Assembly: GCF_009914755.1 (NCBI RefSeq)
Contig: NC_060941.1
Direction: 5' to 3' (one strand)
Length of the DNA: 64,000 nt
From: the human T2T-CHM13v2.0 reference genome, Homo sapiens
Both the position numbers and the translations under genes were made by a program. Below, piece by piece: positions 14,828 through 27,246 of this stretch (the first letter of the stretch is position 1; the number at the start of each line of letters is the position of its first letter). The notes below the pieces were generated by a model that was not told where the DNA came from, searched no databases, and saw nothing but the letters and a program-made list of their open reading frames with translations.

Positions 14828-15293
14828 TGTAATAGGAATGGCAACTTGTCTTGGCTGAAAACAGAAATCTCTCCCTTTCAGCCCCAGCTCTTTTTCTGCC
14901 ACAATTGTAGGATTATTGGTGAAACCACTCAGCCACTGTGACACATGCACAAATCTAGACACGCAAGTGAATTAATACCCTTGATCAAAGGCAATCCCAG
15001 ACCAATGTTGTACAGGAGACTTTGGATAAATAAATACACCACTCTTCTGTTCCCCAATGGAGAAGATGTATGCTACATGGCTCCTTAGAGTGTCATTAGT
15101 GAGACCAAGCCCCAGTTGTCCATTGAGTTACCAGTTAAGTAAGAGATCTTAAGACTGCATTTTCCTCTTTTCTTGTTCCGGTCTTCCAAGTTCCCTGCTC
15201 TTATTCTTTGGAATAATTCCCTACATGCCAGAAGCTATCTGGATTCAAGCCTTTATCTCAGCCTCTGATTTTAGAGTAAACCCTAGCTAAGGA
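14828..15293 (+). mobile_element. LTR16-family ERVL LTR (diverged)
   Basis: GACCAAGCCCCAGTTGTCC and the 3' end CCTTTATCTCAGCCTCTGATTTTAGAGTAAACCCTAGCTAAG resemble LTR16. Confidence 0.5.
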
Positions 15294-15999
15294 ATAAATC
15301 ATCATTTATTCTCATTTCTATTTATTTCTTCTATTCTATACCAGTTATATACCCTTTCATGGTTTTATTACATATTTTAGTATCTGGTAAGACCACTTTA
15401 CTTATGTTATTGTTTTCAAACAACCCTAGGCTGCTTTCATAAATGTATTTTCCCAGTTAACTTTGAACCACTTTGGCAATTTCAAAGTTCTATTAATTTT
15501 TCAGATTAGAAATTAATTATAAACTTTTATCCAATTTCACACTTCTCCAATTACCAGCTGTAAGGAGTCATGTTTTTTTTTCTTCTTTAAGCCCTAATAT
15601 CCTCTTTTATGAAATAAGCAAAATAATTCCTTCAAGTTAATATGCATAGTAAGTGAGATATACACACACATATACACACACAAACACATATAAAATCATC
15701 ATACAGTGGCTGACACATAGTACACACTAAGCACTCAATCAATGGCTGGTATATACATGTCTACACGGATGTCATTACAATATTGAGTCTCATAATCTAG
15801 AAACATAGCATATCATTTCATTAGTAGAAGTAAACCTCATATCCTATAGTAAAAAATAATGTTTTTTTAAAATCAGTGCCACCTTTTTTTTTTTTTTGCC
15901 GTAAATCTTTTAAAGCTTTTTCTAAAAATATTTGATTGGCAGTTTTGAATAGGATAATTTTAATTTTATTTTCTAACTACTTAAAACTAATAGTTTATG

Positions 16000-16185
16000 T
16001 TTAGTAGGCACTTCCATGGGAAGTACATTGCTGAATGCTTTATGTTTGCGATTTCAATTGTTTTCACAATTGTTTGACATGGGAAATATTATTAACTTCA
16101 ATTTACAGATGAAGAAGTAGACACCAAAAGGCTGAGAATATTTCTTCAGCTGGTGAATGACTAATCCCAAATTCAATTCAGGGTT
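16000..16185 (-). mobile_element. MIR
   Basis: CAATTTACAGATGAAGAAGTAGAC core. Confidence 0.55.
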
Positions 16186-17466
16186 AACCTTGATTTTTAG
16201 GAAAACAATTGATGTGTCTATATTGTTGTTATAGCCAGCCATCGACTACTTATGCTTGTTACTTCTAGTTATGTCTCCTTGATTCTCCTGCTTTTTTTTT
16301 TTTAAAAGGTAATCATGTTAACTCTAACTACCGAGAATCTTGCTTCCTCTTTTCTAATATTTATTTTTCTAATACATTTCTGAACAAATATAGTTTTGGT
16401 GAATTAAAAGCAATAATTTTTAAGTTCATGTTAAAATTTGTTAACAGAAATAAAAGTCAAGTACCCTTGGGACAGAGTGTCCTCCACATTTCCAAATCTA
16501 AAATATTTTGTTAAGTTTGTTTGCCAAACCCTGAACACCTAGAGGCTCTCCATCTTTTTTTAAAAATAGGATACTACTGCCACCATATAATTGTCCTAAC
16601 CTCATCTTGTAGACATTCTCTGACGCTCGGTTTTAAAAGGCAAACTCTAAGACACCCAGGAGCATGTGGCAGGGAAAGGTGTTTGGGGTTCAGGTTAACC
16701 ACCTTTCCCACCCAGGACACCACATTTGGCTCAAAGCTTCCCTCCAGATGCCTGACACAAACCAAAAAACAGGAGTCTGGAGTCCAAGTTCTGAGTGAGC
16801 AGTTTAATTTTCAAAGGGCACATAGCTAAGAGGCGACTTAAATTTTCCAATAAGTTCTTCAGCTTCTCTTTTCATCACATTCACAGATTGGGGCATTGAA
16901 ATTGAGGCCTTCCATGGTGGTAACTTTTTGAAACAAAACTTGCTTATTTTCCAGACCCAAGGCATTGAGCTAATAGGTCTATCTTCGTCCCCGCGGAACC
17001 TGCCGCGAGCCAGGGAGAGCAAAGAACAGCTACCAAATGTAGATCAAGAGAAGACCTCCCCTTGCATGCACCCACACAAAAGAGAGAAACAACACCAGCA
17101 TGAGAAGATTCCAACCAGTCATCAAGGTCATTCTATGGTTGGTTTGTTGAATGATTTTCCCAGGTGACTCAATTCATGTTGATTAATGGTGGTGCCAGAA
17201 TCTTTGTTACACATATTTCCAAGATGTTCTAGGGTGTTATCTCAAAGCCCTTTCTCAAACTTGTGTGATAAATGTTTCTACAACATTGAGAAAGTTAAAT
17301 GAACTTACGCAGAAATTTTGAAATATTAATAGAAAAAGAGTTGGTTTTTTTTTTGCATTAAACTTTGACGAGAGACATGAGACAAGAATAGTATCATAAG
17401 AACCTCTCCCCATAAAAAAATGATTGTGAGGTGTGTATATATATATATGTATGTATATCAGATCCT

Positions 17467-17532
17467 TAAACATATGTATGTGCACAGACTAATGATCCTT
17501 AAATCATTAGTGAGTATACATACATATGTTTA
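17467..17532. repeat. Inverted repeat with 30-bp arms (26/30 complementary) and a 6-nt loop
   Basis: TAAACATATGTATGTGCACAGACTAATGAT-CCTTAA-ATCATTAGTGAGTATACATACATATGTTTA. Confidence 0.9.
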
Positions 17533-18439
17533 CGTGTGGAATGTGTATGTGTATATATATATAATTCTAGCACAGAAAACAATACCATAAAACCATAATG
17601 CCATAATAGGCCATCATTTGTTAGTCTTGAAATAAACAATGAATATCAACTCTGCCCTACATGACTACAATCCCTCTATGATAGGAAAATCTATGATTTA
17701 CAAACAACTGTGGGTAACAATGGAGCAGTTTCTGTATATACAACCAAAGGCCAATGGTGGAACTAACCACTTAACTCTTTTTCTGTGAATTCCAAGACTA
17801 GGAACTATAGTTGTGTAAGCATAAATAAATTATCTGTCCACTAAATTAAGTAAAATACTAATTCTTTCTCCAACGTAGTGGTCTGAGCTCTATCTAAAAG
17901 GATAATATAATAAGAGATCAGAAAAGATATCAAGAATAAAATAAATAAAAAATAAAATAAATAAATAAAAAACCAGGAAGGCCGCAGGGGGAAAATACCA
18001 GGTATATAGAACAGGAAGCTATGTGACCAGTTTAAGAGATGTGTACGTATGGGAAAGAGATGAAATTCAAGCAGCAATGTGATTTTTATAAGGAAAATGA
18101 TTTTTAAAATAAGCAAAATATAGAAGTAGCTGATCTTGGCTTAAGGGATGACAGAAGGCCAAAATTAAATAGCATTTCATTAGCCTTTTAAATGGAGTGA
18201 CTCCATAAATGAGTGTTTTAAAAACATAGACATCAAATTAACCCAACTACTGAAACTGACAGTTGAAGAACCATTAATCTTGGAAGGGATATTTCCCTTT
18301 AGGCTTCTGGAACAGATCCTTAAATCGTTAGTGTGTGCACATACATATGTTTATGCGTGCGATGTATATTCAGACACATGCTTAGACACCCACCTAGAAT
18401 ATTAAATTGACCTGCTTTCAACAATTGGCTAATGATTAG

Positions 18440-18940
18440 AACTCCCCGAAGGCAAGCGGAGGAAAGAGAATTTGTTGCTAAGAACAGGGACAGAGAGAAG
18501 TGGACAAGAGATGCTAGTATCCCCACCAAGTCCTCCCAGCCCCCTTGCATCTGCGGTTTCTCTCTCCCTGGGCCCTCCCTGCAGAGCTGCAGTTACCTGC
18601 GGAAATACCCAGGCTCCGCTCTGAGCACCAGGCTGTCTCCCGGAGTCCCTATGTAGCCAAGTGGAGCCGGAGGGTTGATCCCCTAGCCCCTACACACAGC
18701 CTTCCTTTCACCACCTTCCGTTTATACAAAGACTGGCTTATCCCAATTTTTTTTCCTGTTGCCTTTTCAATGAAAAGCTCTCCACGCGCGGCCTAATAAA
18801 ATTCTACGCCTGCCCCACCCCCATCCCAAAAATCCCTGCCAAAAAAAAGAGAGAGGGGAGACTAAAACCTGGAACTCATTTAGCTAAAGGGACTTTAGTT
18901 AACAAGAAAGTTACCCATCATGAACTGCAGGTAACACCTC
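18440..18940. promoter_or_regulatory. Candidate promoter or enhancer (local GC and CpG enrichment)
   Basis: No recognisable repeat; CpGs retained (CCACGCGCGGCC, CTGCGG, CCGG); CCCCACCCC box; outward-facing splice donors. Confidence 0.4.
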
Positions 18941-19300
18941 CCGTGATCCTAAATCCATTACCTGGAGACTTAGCCCAGGCTGAGTTTGATTTTATGAACT
19001 GTGAGGTTGCAATGTTGAAAGTCTGCAAATTGGACATAAATTGGACGCAAAAGACTGGGGGAGTCGAGTGATTTTCTTTCTAATGGTATAACAAGCTTTG
19101 GCTCTTACCAGAGATTCCTGTAATCTGGAGCAGAGACAAGGATGGGTGCCTGTATCAGTCACGCTCTCAATCCAAGATTTCCCCTCCTCCAAAAAGGTTT
19201 GACTCTGACTCGAGCAGCTCTATCTAGGGCAAAATCATATGTTACCATGTGAATTACTCATAATCGCACTGAAGTGTTTGACCAAGCAAGGAATGTCGTA

Positions 19301-19354
19301 ACGTGCGTGCATGCATACACACACACACACACATACACACACACACACACACAC
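19301..19354. repeat. (CA)n microsatellite within 54 bp of purine-pyrimidine alternation
   Basis: ACGTGCGTGCATGCATACACAC...ACAC. Confidence 0.95.
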
Positions 19355-19903
19355 CAGTGTATACCAGTCTAATTCAGGAATAGAAAATGGGTTCTCTCCT
19401 GCTTGTTGTCTCTTACCATCAACAATATCCTGTGATGTTTTTGACTGAAACACTTTTCAGCTGGCTTCCTTGGCATTCTTGTACAACTTTATTTTAGAGA
19501 GGATGGCGGATGTCATAACTAATTCAATCATCAGCTTCTGAGTTTTAAGGAACACAAAGGCTACCTTCAGATTGGGGGTACAGCCCCCTTTCAATTTAAT
19601 TAAGTATTTGTTTAATGCTTATTTTGTAAAAGGATCTAAGGATGATCCAGAGATTAGAATCTGGGAAGGCTCACAGGTGTCATAACCGAAGTATAAGGCC
19701 AGGCATAACAAATTTCTAATAAAGATAAAATATGAAAATACAGAGGAAAGAAAGATAAAATCCAACCGGGGACTGGGAAAAAAATGTGAAAATCTGGGCT
19801 TCAAATATTTAATTGTGATTCAACAAATGGATAGTGGTGTTGGTTTGGGGTGGGGAGTAGAAGTAGGTATCCCAAACAGAAGGAAGGATTTTAGAAAAAA
19901 ACA

Positions 19904-20478
<575 letters not shown>

Positions 20479-21078
20479 CTACTATTCATAAGCGAAGAGA
20501 GAAACAATGGATAAAAACTTGCAGGTGGCATTACGAGCAAATCCAAATGCCAGGCTGAAAGTTTGGCCTCTACACATATGCAACAGTAGAAGTTTGGGGA
20601 ACATTTTGAACATGGTAAGTGCACCATAGATCTGCATGAGTAAGTTTGCTCAAATCAACAGTAATAGCACACATTTAAGTGTCTCGAATTCTAATGATGG
20701 TATACTGTATAACGATTTAAGTGGAAGAAATAGGTTAAATATGTTTTTTAAAGTGAATACAAAAACAGTTATAAAAGTGTGTGTAGTAAACTATTATCAA
20801 ATTTTTTAAACAAAATAGTTAAATATTCTTTATGGATTCACATGTATCAACTCCCCGATGGTAATTACCTACAGGGAAGTAGAAGGGAAAAGAGATATAG
20901 CTCTAGTGTTTTATTTACTTAAAAATAAACATTAAAAAGTAAAATTGGAACGCAAAGCAAATATGCCAAAATTTAACATCTCTTTTATGTGGGTATTGGG
21001 TATGCTCTTCCATAAGATTAAATATTTTATAATTTTTTTTTAATGCAAATTTTTCTATCTCCTTTTCTTTACACTCAG

Positions 21079-21467
21079 TGAGATGGTTTGGATCTGTGAC
21101 CCCACCTAAATCTCTTGTCAAACTGTAATCCCCAGTGTTGGAGGTGGGGCCTGGTGGGAGGTGATTGGCTAGTGGCGGCAGTTTCTAATGGTTTATCACC
21201 ATCCCCTTAGTGCTGTTCTCATGGCAGAGGTCTCACAAGATCTGGTTTTTAAAAGTGCGTAGCACTTCCCCTCTCTCTTCCTCCTGCTCTGGGCAAGTGA
21301 AGACGGGCCTGCTTCCCCTTGACCTTCCGACATGACTGTAAGTTTCCTGAGGTCTCCCCAGCCATGCTTCCTGTATAGCCTGCAGAACTGTAAGCCAAGT
21401 AAACCTATTTTCTTTATAAATTACCCTTATGTATTTATTTATAGCAGTGTGAGAATGGACTAATACA
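21079..21467 (+). mobile_element. MSTA-like MaLR solo LTR
   Basis: TGAGATGGTTTGGATCTGTG...GGACTAATACA; 5-bp TSD CTCAG/CTCAC. Confidence 0.9.
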
Positions 21468-21694
21468 CTCACCCAATACTTGAGCTCCATCTGAAGCTTC
21501 CTCATGTATTTTCTCAGAGTCTTGGGGAGTTTATCACATGTGCTCACTAATAACTGTGGTCATTCACCAGGAAGTGCTTCTCGTGTATTGCTACCTCCAC
21601 AGGAAATGCCCCAGGGATGCTTTGCTGAGACTATCTCGGTATCTTGGTGGGTGTCAGGCAGGTAGTACAGTTTCCTTCTAGAAACTGTGCCTCA

Positions 21695-21762
21695 CTCCCA
21701 TCCAAGTACTAACCAGGCCTGGCCCTGCTGAGCTAGCAAGATCAGATGAGATCAGGTGCATT
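21695..21762 (-). pseudogene. 5S rRNA pseudogene fragment (about nt 22-89)
   Basis: CTCCCATCCAAGTACTAACCAGGCCTGGCCCTGCTGAGCTAGCAAGATCAGATGAGATCAGGTGCATT matches the reverse complement of 5S rRNA, with CpG decay. Confidence 0.92.
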
Positions 21763-22377
21763 ACTCCCATGTTTATTGCAGCACAATTCACAATAGCTAA
21801 AATGTGGAAGCAACCAAAGTGTCCATTGACAGATGAATGGATAAAGAAAATGTGGTACATATACACAATGGAGTACTATTCAACCATAAAAAGAATGAGA
21901 TCCTGTCATTTGCAACAACATGGATGGAACCGGAGGATATTCTGTTAAGTGAAATCAGCCAGGCAAAGAAAGCCAACCTTCACATGTTCTCATTGGTGGG
22001 AGCTAAAAATTAAAACCACTGAACTCATGGAGACAGAGAATAGAATGATGTTTACCAGAGGCTGGGAAGGGTTGTGAGGTCGGGGGAATGGGGACAGTTA
22101 ATGGGTACAAAAATAGAGTTAGATAGAATGAAGATCTAGTATCTGATAGCACAACACGGTGATTACAGTCAATAATAATTTATTGTAGATTTAAAAATAA
22201 CTAAGCAAGTATAATTGGAATGTTTGTAACACAAAGAAGTGATAAATACCTAAGGTGATAGATAGCCCATTTACCCTGATGTGATTATTATGCATTGTAT
22301 TCCTGTATCAAATTACCTCATGTGCCCCGTAAATATATACACCTACTATTAGCCATAACAATTTTTTTTTTTTAAAA
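21763..22377 (+). mobile_element. L1MA (L1MA2/3-like) 3' end, 5'-truncated
   Basis: ORF2 end ACTCCCATGTTTATTGCAGCAC and an L1MA-type 3'UTR; TSD AACTGTGCCTCACT at 21683-21696 and 22382-22395. Confidence 0.9.
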
Positions 22378-23547
22378 TAGCAACTGTGCCTCACTGAATG
22401 TCAGTGCATCTCTACGGGGCAGTATGTGTCTCCTTCTTATCTCTGACAGCACTTCTGTCCAGAAAAATTCCTGCAGAGTATTCTTTATTCCCTACAGATG
22501 TTTCCACCCATACACTGAAATATATTTTGGGTCCAAAGTCTGCTGTAAGTGGCAGAGAAATGAGGGCTAGCAACCCTAATCCTTTTGTATTATCCACAGT
22601 TTGTAGGATACCAAAGTGATGGTTATCTTGCCCTTCAAGTATACAGGCTTTTTATAGGAAAATATTTCTTCTAGCTTTTAAGTCCATAGCTCTCTTCTGG
22701 ATGAAGGCATTAAGTCCAGTAGAACAACTGTAGGCTCTGGGCTGAACTCAGAATCATCTCTCTGACAACTCAGGTTTTACTATTTGATCAAGCTTTACTT
22801 TTCAATTCTGTTTCCCTCAATATGAGTTTCTCCTAAGAGGCTTCCTAAGCCCACTTAGAGATAAATTTTTTGTCCCAACTTTCCACCAGTTTAAATGACA
22901 TGCTCGGACATAGTTAAGACTCAAGTTGGATTCTCGAGGACACCGGGAGGTTTGTTCTGGCAGAAGCATGTGGAACAACCTGGGAACGGGAAGAGGCTGA
23001 AGTCAGGGAGAACAGAGAAGAAGAAAGCTACTGCAGGCACTCAGGCAAACTGTGATTGTTACATGTAATCATGTTACAGCAGTCTTCTTTTGCTGATGTA
23101 TTGGGGATGCTCTATGGAATATGTATTTTATATATGCATTGCAATGGCATTCTCTCTAGTACTTCAAGTCTGAAAACCAATATATGGAAAAACTGAGTCT
23201 CCATATAGGCTACCTCTAGGATACACTATAGTGAGTAAAGATAGTTAAAACCCTTAGAAACAGACTCTTCCTGTCTGTGTCCATGATCCTAAAACAAAAA
23301 CTCTTGGGAAGATAAGAATGAATGAGGAAGTGTATGGGGGTGGGAAGAGTTAGATAATTAATTTTGCAAACACTCTATTAGTATTACCTTTAAATATGCT
23401 ATTACATATTTAACATATATGCCCACTACCCACAACTACTGCCTATAAAACCAGCTGAGCAAAAGCCATCAAACAAAGAAAAACAGCCATGAAACATGTT
23501 TAGATCAGGCCGCTTTCTCTCATCGTGTAGTAAAATATTGAGTTTGA

Positions 23548-23807
23548 GGCCGAGTGTGGTGGCTCATGCCTGTAATCCCATCACAGGAGTTTGAGACCAG
23601 CCTAGCCAACATAGTGAAACCCCTTTTCTACTAAAAATACCAAAATTACCCAGGAGTGGTGGCACACACATATAATCCCTGCTATTCAGGAGGCTGAGGC
23701 AGAAGAATCCCTTGAACCCAGGAGACAGAGGTTGCAGTGAGGCGAGACCATGCTATTGCACTCCAGCATGGGCAACAGAGTGGGACTTTGTCTCAAGAAA
23801 AAAAAAA
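23548..23807 (+). mobile_element. AluS with a ~35-bp deletion in the left arm
   Basis: TAATCCCATCAC joins directly to AGGAGTTTGAGACC. Confidence 0.9.
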
Positions 23808-25816
23808 TTAGGTTTTGCATTGTAAAAGCAAAATGCCTTCAGATCTTATGAATGGAGTCTTGTTGATCTTAAATAGTTACTGGCATGGTTCAAAGGAGAA
23901 TGAAGACAAGGAAAGGAATTAAGTGAAACTTCAATATTACCTTGAAGTAGATAAATAGCTTCATTCGACTTGTCCCCATTGTTACAAAAACTAATGGTTT
24001 AAGGTGAAGGCTATTTTTTTTTCAATTTCATTTAAAGATGAGTTAGGTATCCACAGTTTTGGATGTGCGCAGATTTTTGCCTGAAAATTTTGGAAGCCAG
24101 AGTATAACAGGAGAAAAAATAAATCACCACCAAATAGAATACAGCATTGCATAAATCTGAAAGTTCTCCACATTTTGTGAAGTGAGGGGTAAAAACCCTT
24201 GCTGAACAGAGCAACAAGAAAAACTAACCCAGAGTATGAATTTTCATATAGAGTAGGAAAGATAAGGATGGACAAGACAGGAACGTGTGGTTAATTCCAG
24301 TTTTAGGCATATTTATGTGGCTAGCATAGGCCAAACAACACTATGGCTTAATTCAGCTAATTGCTGTAGAGCAGAATATGAGAAAATATCTTTTCTAACG
24401 TTTTTAATTTGTCATTGCTACCACTACAAAAGCAACAAACTATTTCATAATGGTGATTTCACATCGTATACAATATCATTTTGGGGATGGACTCAGTTTC
24501 TAAGAAGCCCTGTTTTCTTTATCATCCTTAGAAAAAAACGGAAGAATTTCATCCACGTGGAACAAGAATAATCTTTACTCCTTTCTCTTTGACTTTAACA
24601 AAGTCAAGTCTATCAGTGAAGGTGAATTACTGCTAACATCTTCAGTGTAACGAAAGATACGTGAATTTTGGCAACAATATTATTCATTTGAATTTTTCTG
24701 TGTCCCAAATGTACTTAGGAGCAACAGCAGAACCAAGATCCCAAGATTCTACAGTTTATTTATAAATTTAATATAAGTCTTTCCTGCTCCCTTCTTCTTT
24801 TTTTTTTTCTCCTTCACAAAATAAAATTGTGTTCCATTCTTATATAGGGCCATTTTAAGGAATTAACTATTGTGGGGAGTCAGCATCATAAATAATTTGA
24901 GTTCTTTCATAAGAACTGGAAAATTGTCTAAGCAATTGCCAGTTAAAATAATGGTAGATGCGAAATTAAGTCTTCCGCTGCAGTGTGTAAACTGAGTAGC
25001 AGTTGTGGCATGGGAAGGCATTTCCCTCTGCTTATTTATTTACCGTATTTTCTGGACCCTCCTATGGTAGGAAAAGCCTGAAGACACAGTCACGAATGGC
25101 CAAATGTAGTGGCATGGAAGGCACCTTCTTATCTATTTATTTATTTATTTTTCTTTCTGCATCTTACGAAGACATGCAAATATGGGAAACACTACCAGTC
25201 GGCAGTATTTTTGTAGCACGAGCTGCATTATGGGCTGTTGATGTGTACATATGTGGATTTTTCATCATCCTAAAAACACTAGGGACCAAGTTCCATGAAC
25301 ATAATGTGTATATGATTGGGATGCCATTGGGCTTTTATTGTCCTAGTACAAGCTGTATTTTCTGGCTGAATCAAGACAAGAACACTTATTAATAAAAAAG
25401 GAAAACATCAACATATGGAAAAAAAATCGTAAGCTATTTTTCTGACTCCATCTGTTTTCCACCCACACAATTTGCTCACTACAGTTAATAGGAAGCTGTG
25501 GTGTACTTCTTGTGCTTCATAGCTCTAGAATAGAGAACATGAGATTACGATATTCGCGTTGAGGTAGTACAGTAATGACAAGGCACTGTGTGACCTCATG
25601 TAAGTGGGATCCAATACCACTCAGGTGAACAAAAGCTTTCTCTAACTTTACACAGTTTCACGAATAGGATTTTTTATACTCTTTGGACTCTTCTAATGCA
25701 GGAAAGGCTTACAGCTGTGGCAACGGCCAGCCATGTCTTTGGCCTTAGCTGGACAAGCGGTCCAGTGGATAATCTGAACTACATCAGGGTGCATGTTGAG
25801 TTTGAAAGGGAGGGCT

Positions 25817-26145
<329 letters not shown>

Positions 26146-26910
26146 GAAAGGGAGGGCCATACGAAGGAATGCCCCTAAAAGCACGGGGGAAAAAAAGAAA
26201 AGAGGACAATCACAGAAGCTGCCAGGGCACTAAAGGAGGAAAGTTCTAGTTTAGTGTTCAGATGGCCCCCAAGCTTTGGAACATTGCCAACTATCCGTGC
26301 TGACATAAGTGCAGACTCCCACATCTAAGATATGCCATTGTAATTCCTATTTTTGCTTTTCTGCTGCTCAACCTGATTCTCCTTTCTACAAGGAAAGTCA
26401 CTAAATGCTATAATCAGACCCAATAGAGCATTTATCAATGTTTTTCTCATTAAAAAGTAATTATATGATTTAAATATAATTTGGGAGAAGATTACCTAAA
26501 ATAGCATTTCAAAAATCAGTGCTAAAAGCAGTTGGAAATATTCACATGCATATGAGTCTCATGATCACATTCACATACTCCCTAGTTCTTAAAAATGGAT
26601 CATACTCTATCATCTGTTTCAAATGTCTTTCAGGGCTGCCTGTTACAATAGCCGGAGGAACATGCCACAGAGTCCCCGTCATGGCTAGGACCTTACAGGA
26701 AAGCTTTGGCTGCATGGTCACCCACCAATTGGACCAGCTATTTGACCATGAATTGGACCCCCTCAAGGTGCCGAAGGTAAGGAAGAATAAGAATAAAGAA
26801 GCTGTTTGGGGGGCGGTGTTGGAGGCCCTGGGGCCAAGACTGCAGCTCAGGCCATAGCTGAGACCAACTCCAAGGCATCAGGGACACAGCTGCCTAAAAA
26901 GTCACAGAAA

Positions 26911-27246
26911 GGCCTTTCCGTGGTGGTGCAAGCCTATAATCCCGGTGCTTTAAGAGGTCAATGTGGGAGGATTGCTTGAGTCTAGGAGTTCAAGACTAGC
27001 CTGGGCAGCAAAGCGAGATCCCGTCTCTACAAAAATTTAAAAAGTACCCTAAAACTTAAAGTATAAAAATAAATAAATAAATAAAGTTATCCAAGCATGG
27101 TGGTGCATGCTTGTGGTCCAAGCTACTTGGGAGGCTGAAGTGGAAGGATCCTTGAGTCCAGGAGGTTGAGGCTGCAGTGAGCTATTACCATGCCACTGCA
27201 CTCCAGCCTGGGTGACAGAGCAAGACCCTGTCTCAAAAAGATAAAA
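26911..27246 (+). mobile_element. AluJ inside the SERBP1 retrocopy
   Basis: J-type GGGAGGATTGCTTGAG left arm; SERBP1 homology resumes at ~27250. Confidence 0.9.
27044..27085 (+). mobile_element. Ultra-short L1PA 3' terminus plus tail in the Alu linker
   Basis: GTACCCTAAAACTTAAAGTATAA followed by (AAAT)n. Confidence 0.8.

Noticed and set aside
21695-21762. Functional 5S rRNA gene
   Set aside because: Truncated at both ends, diverged and lacking a terminator
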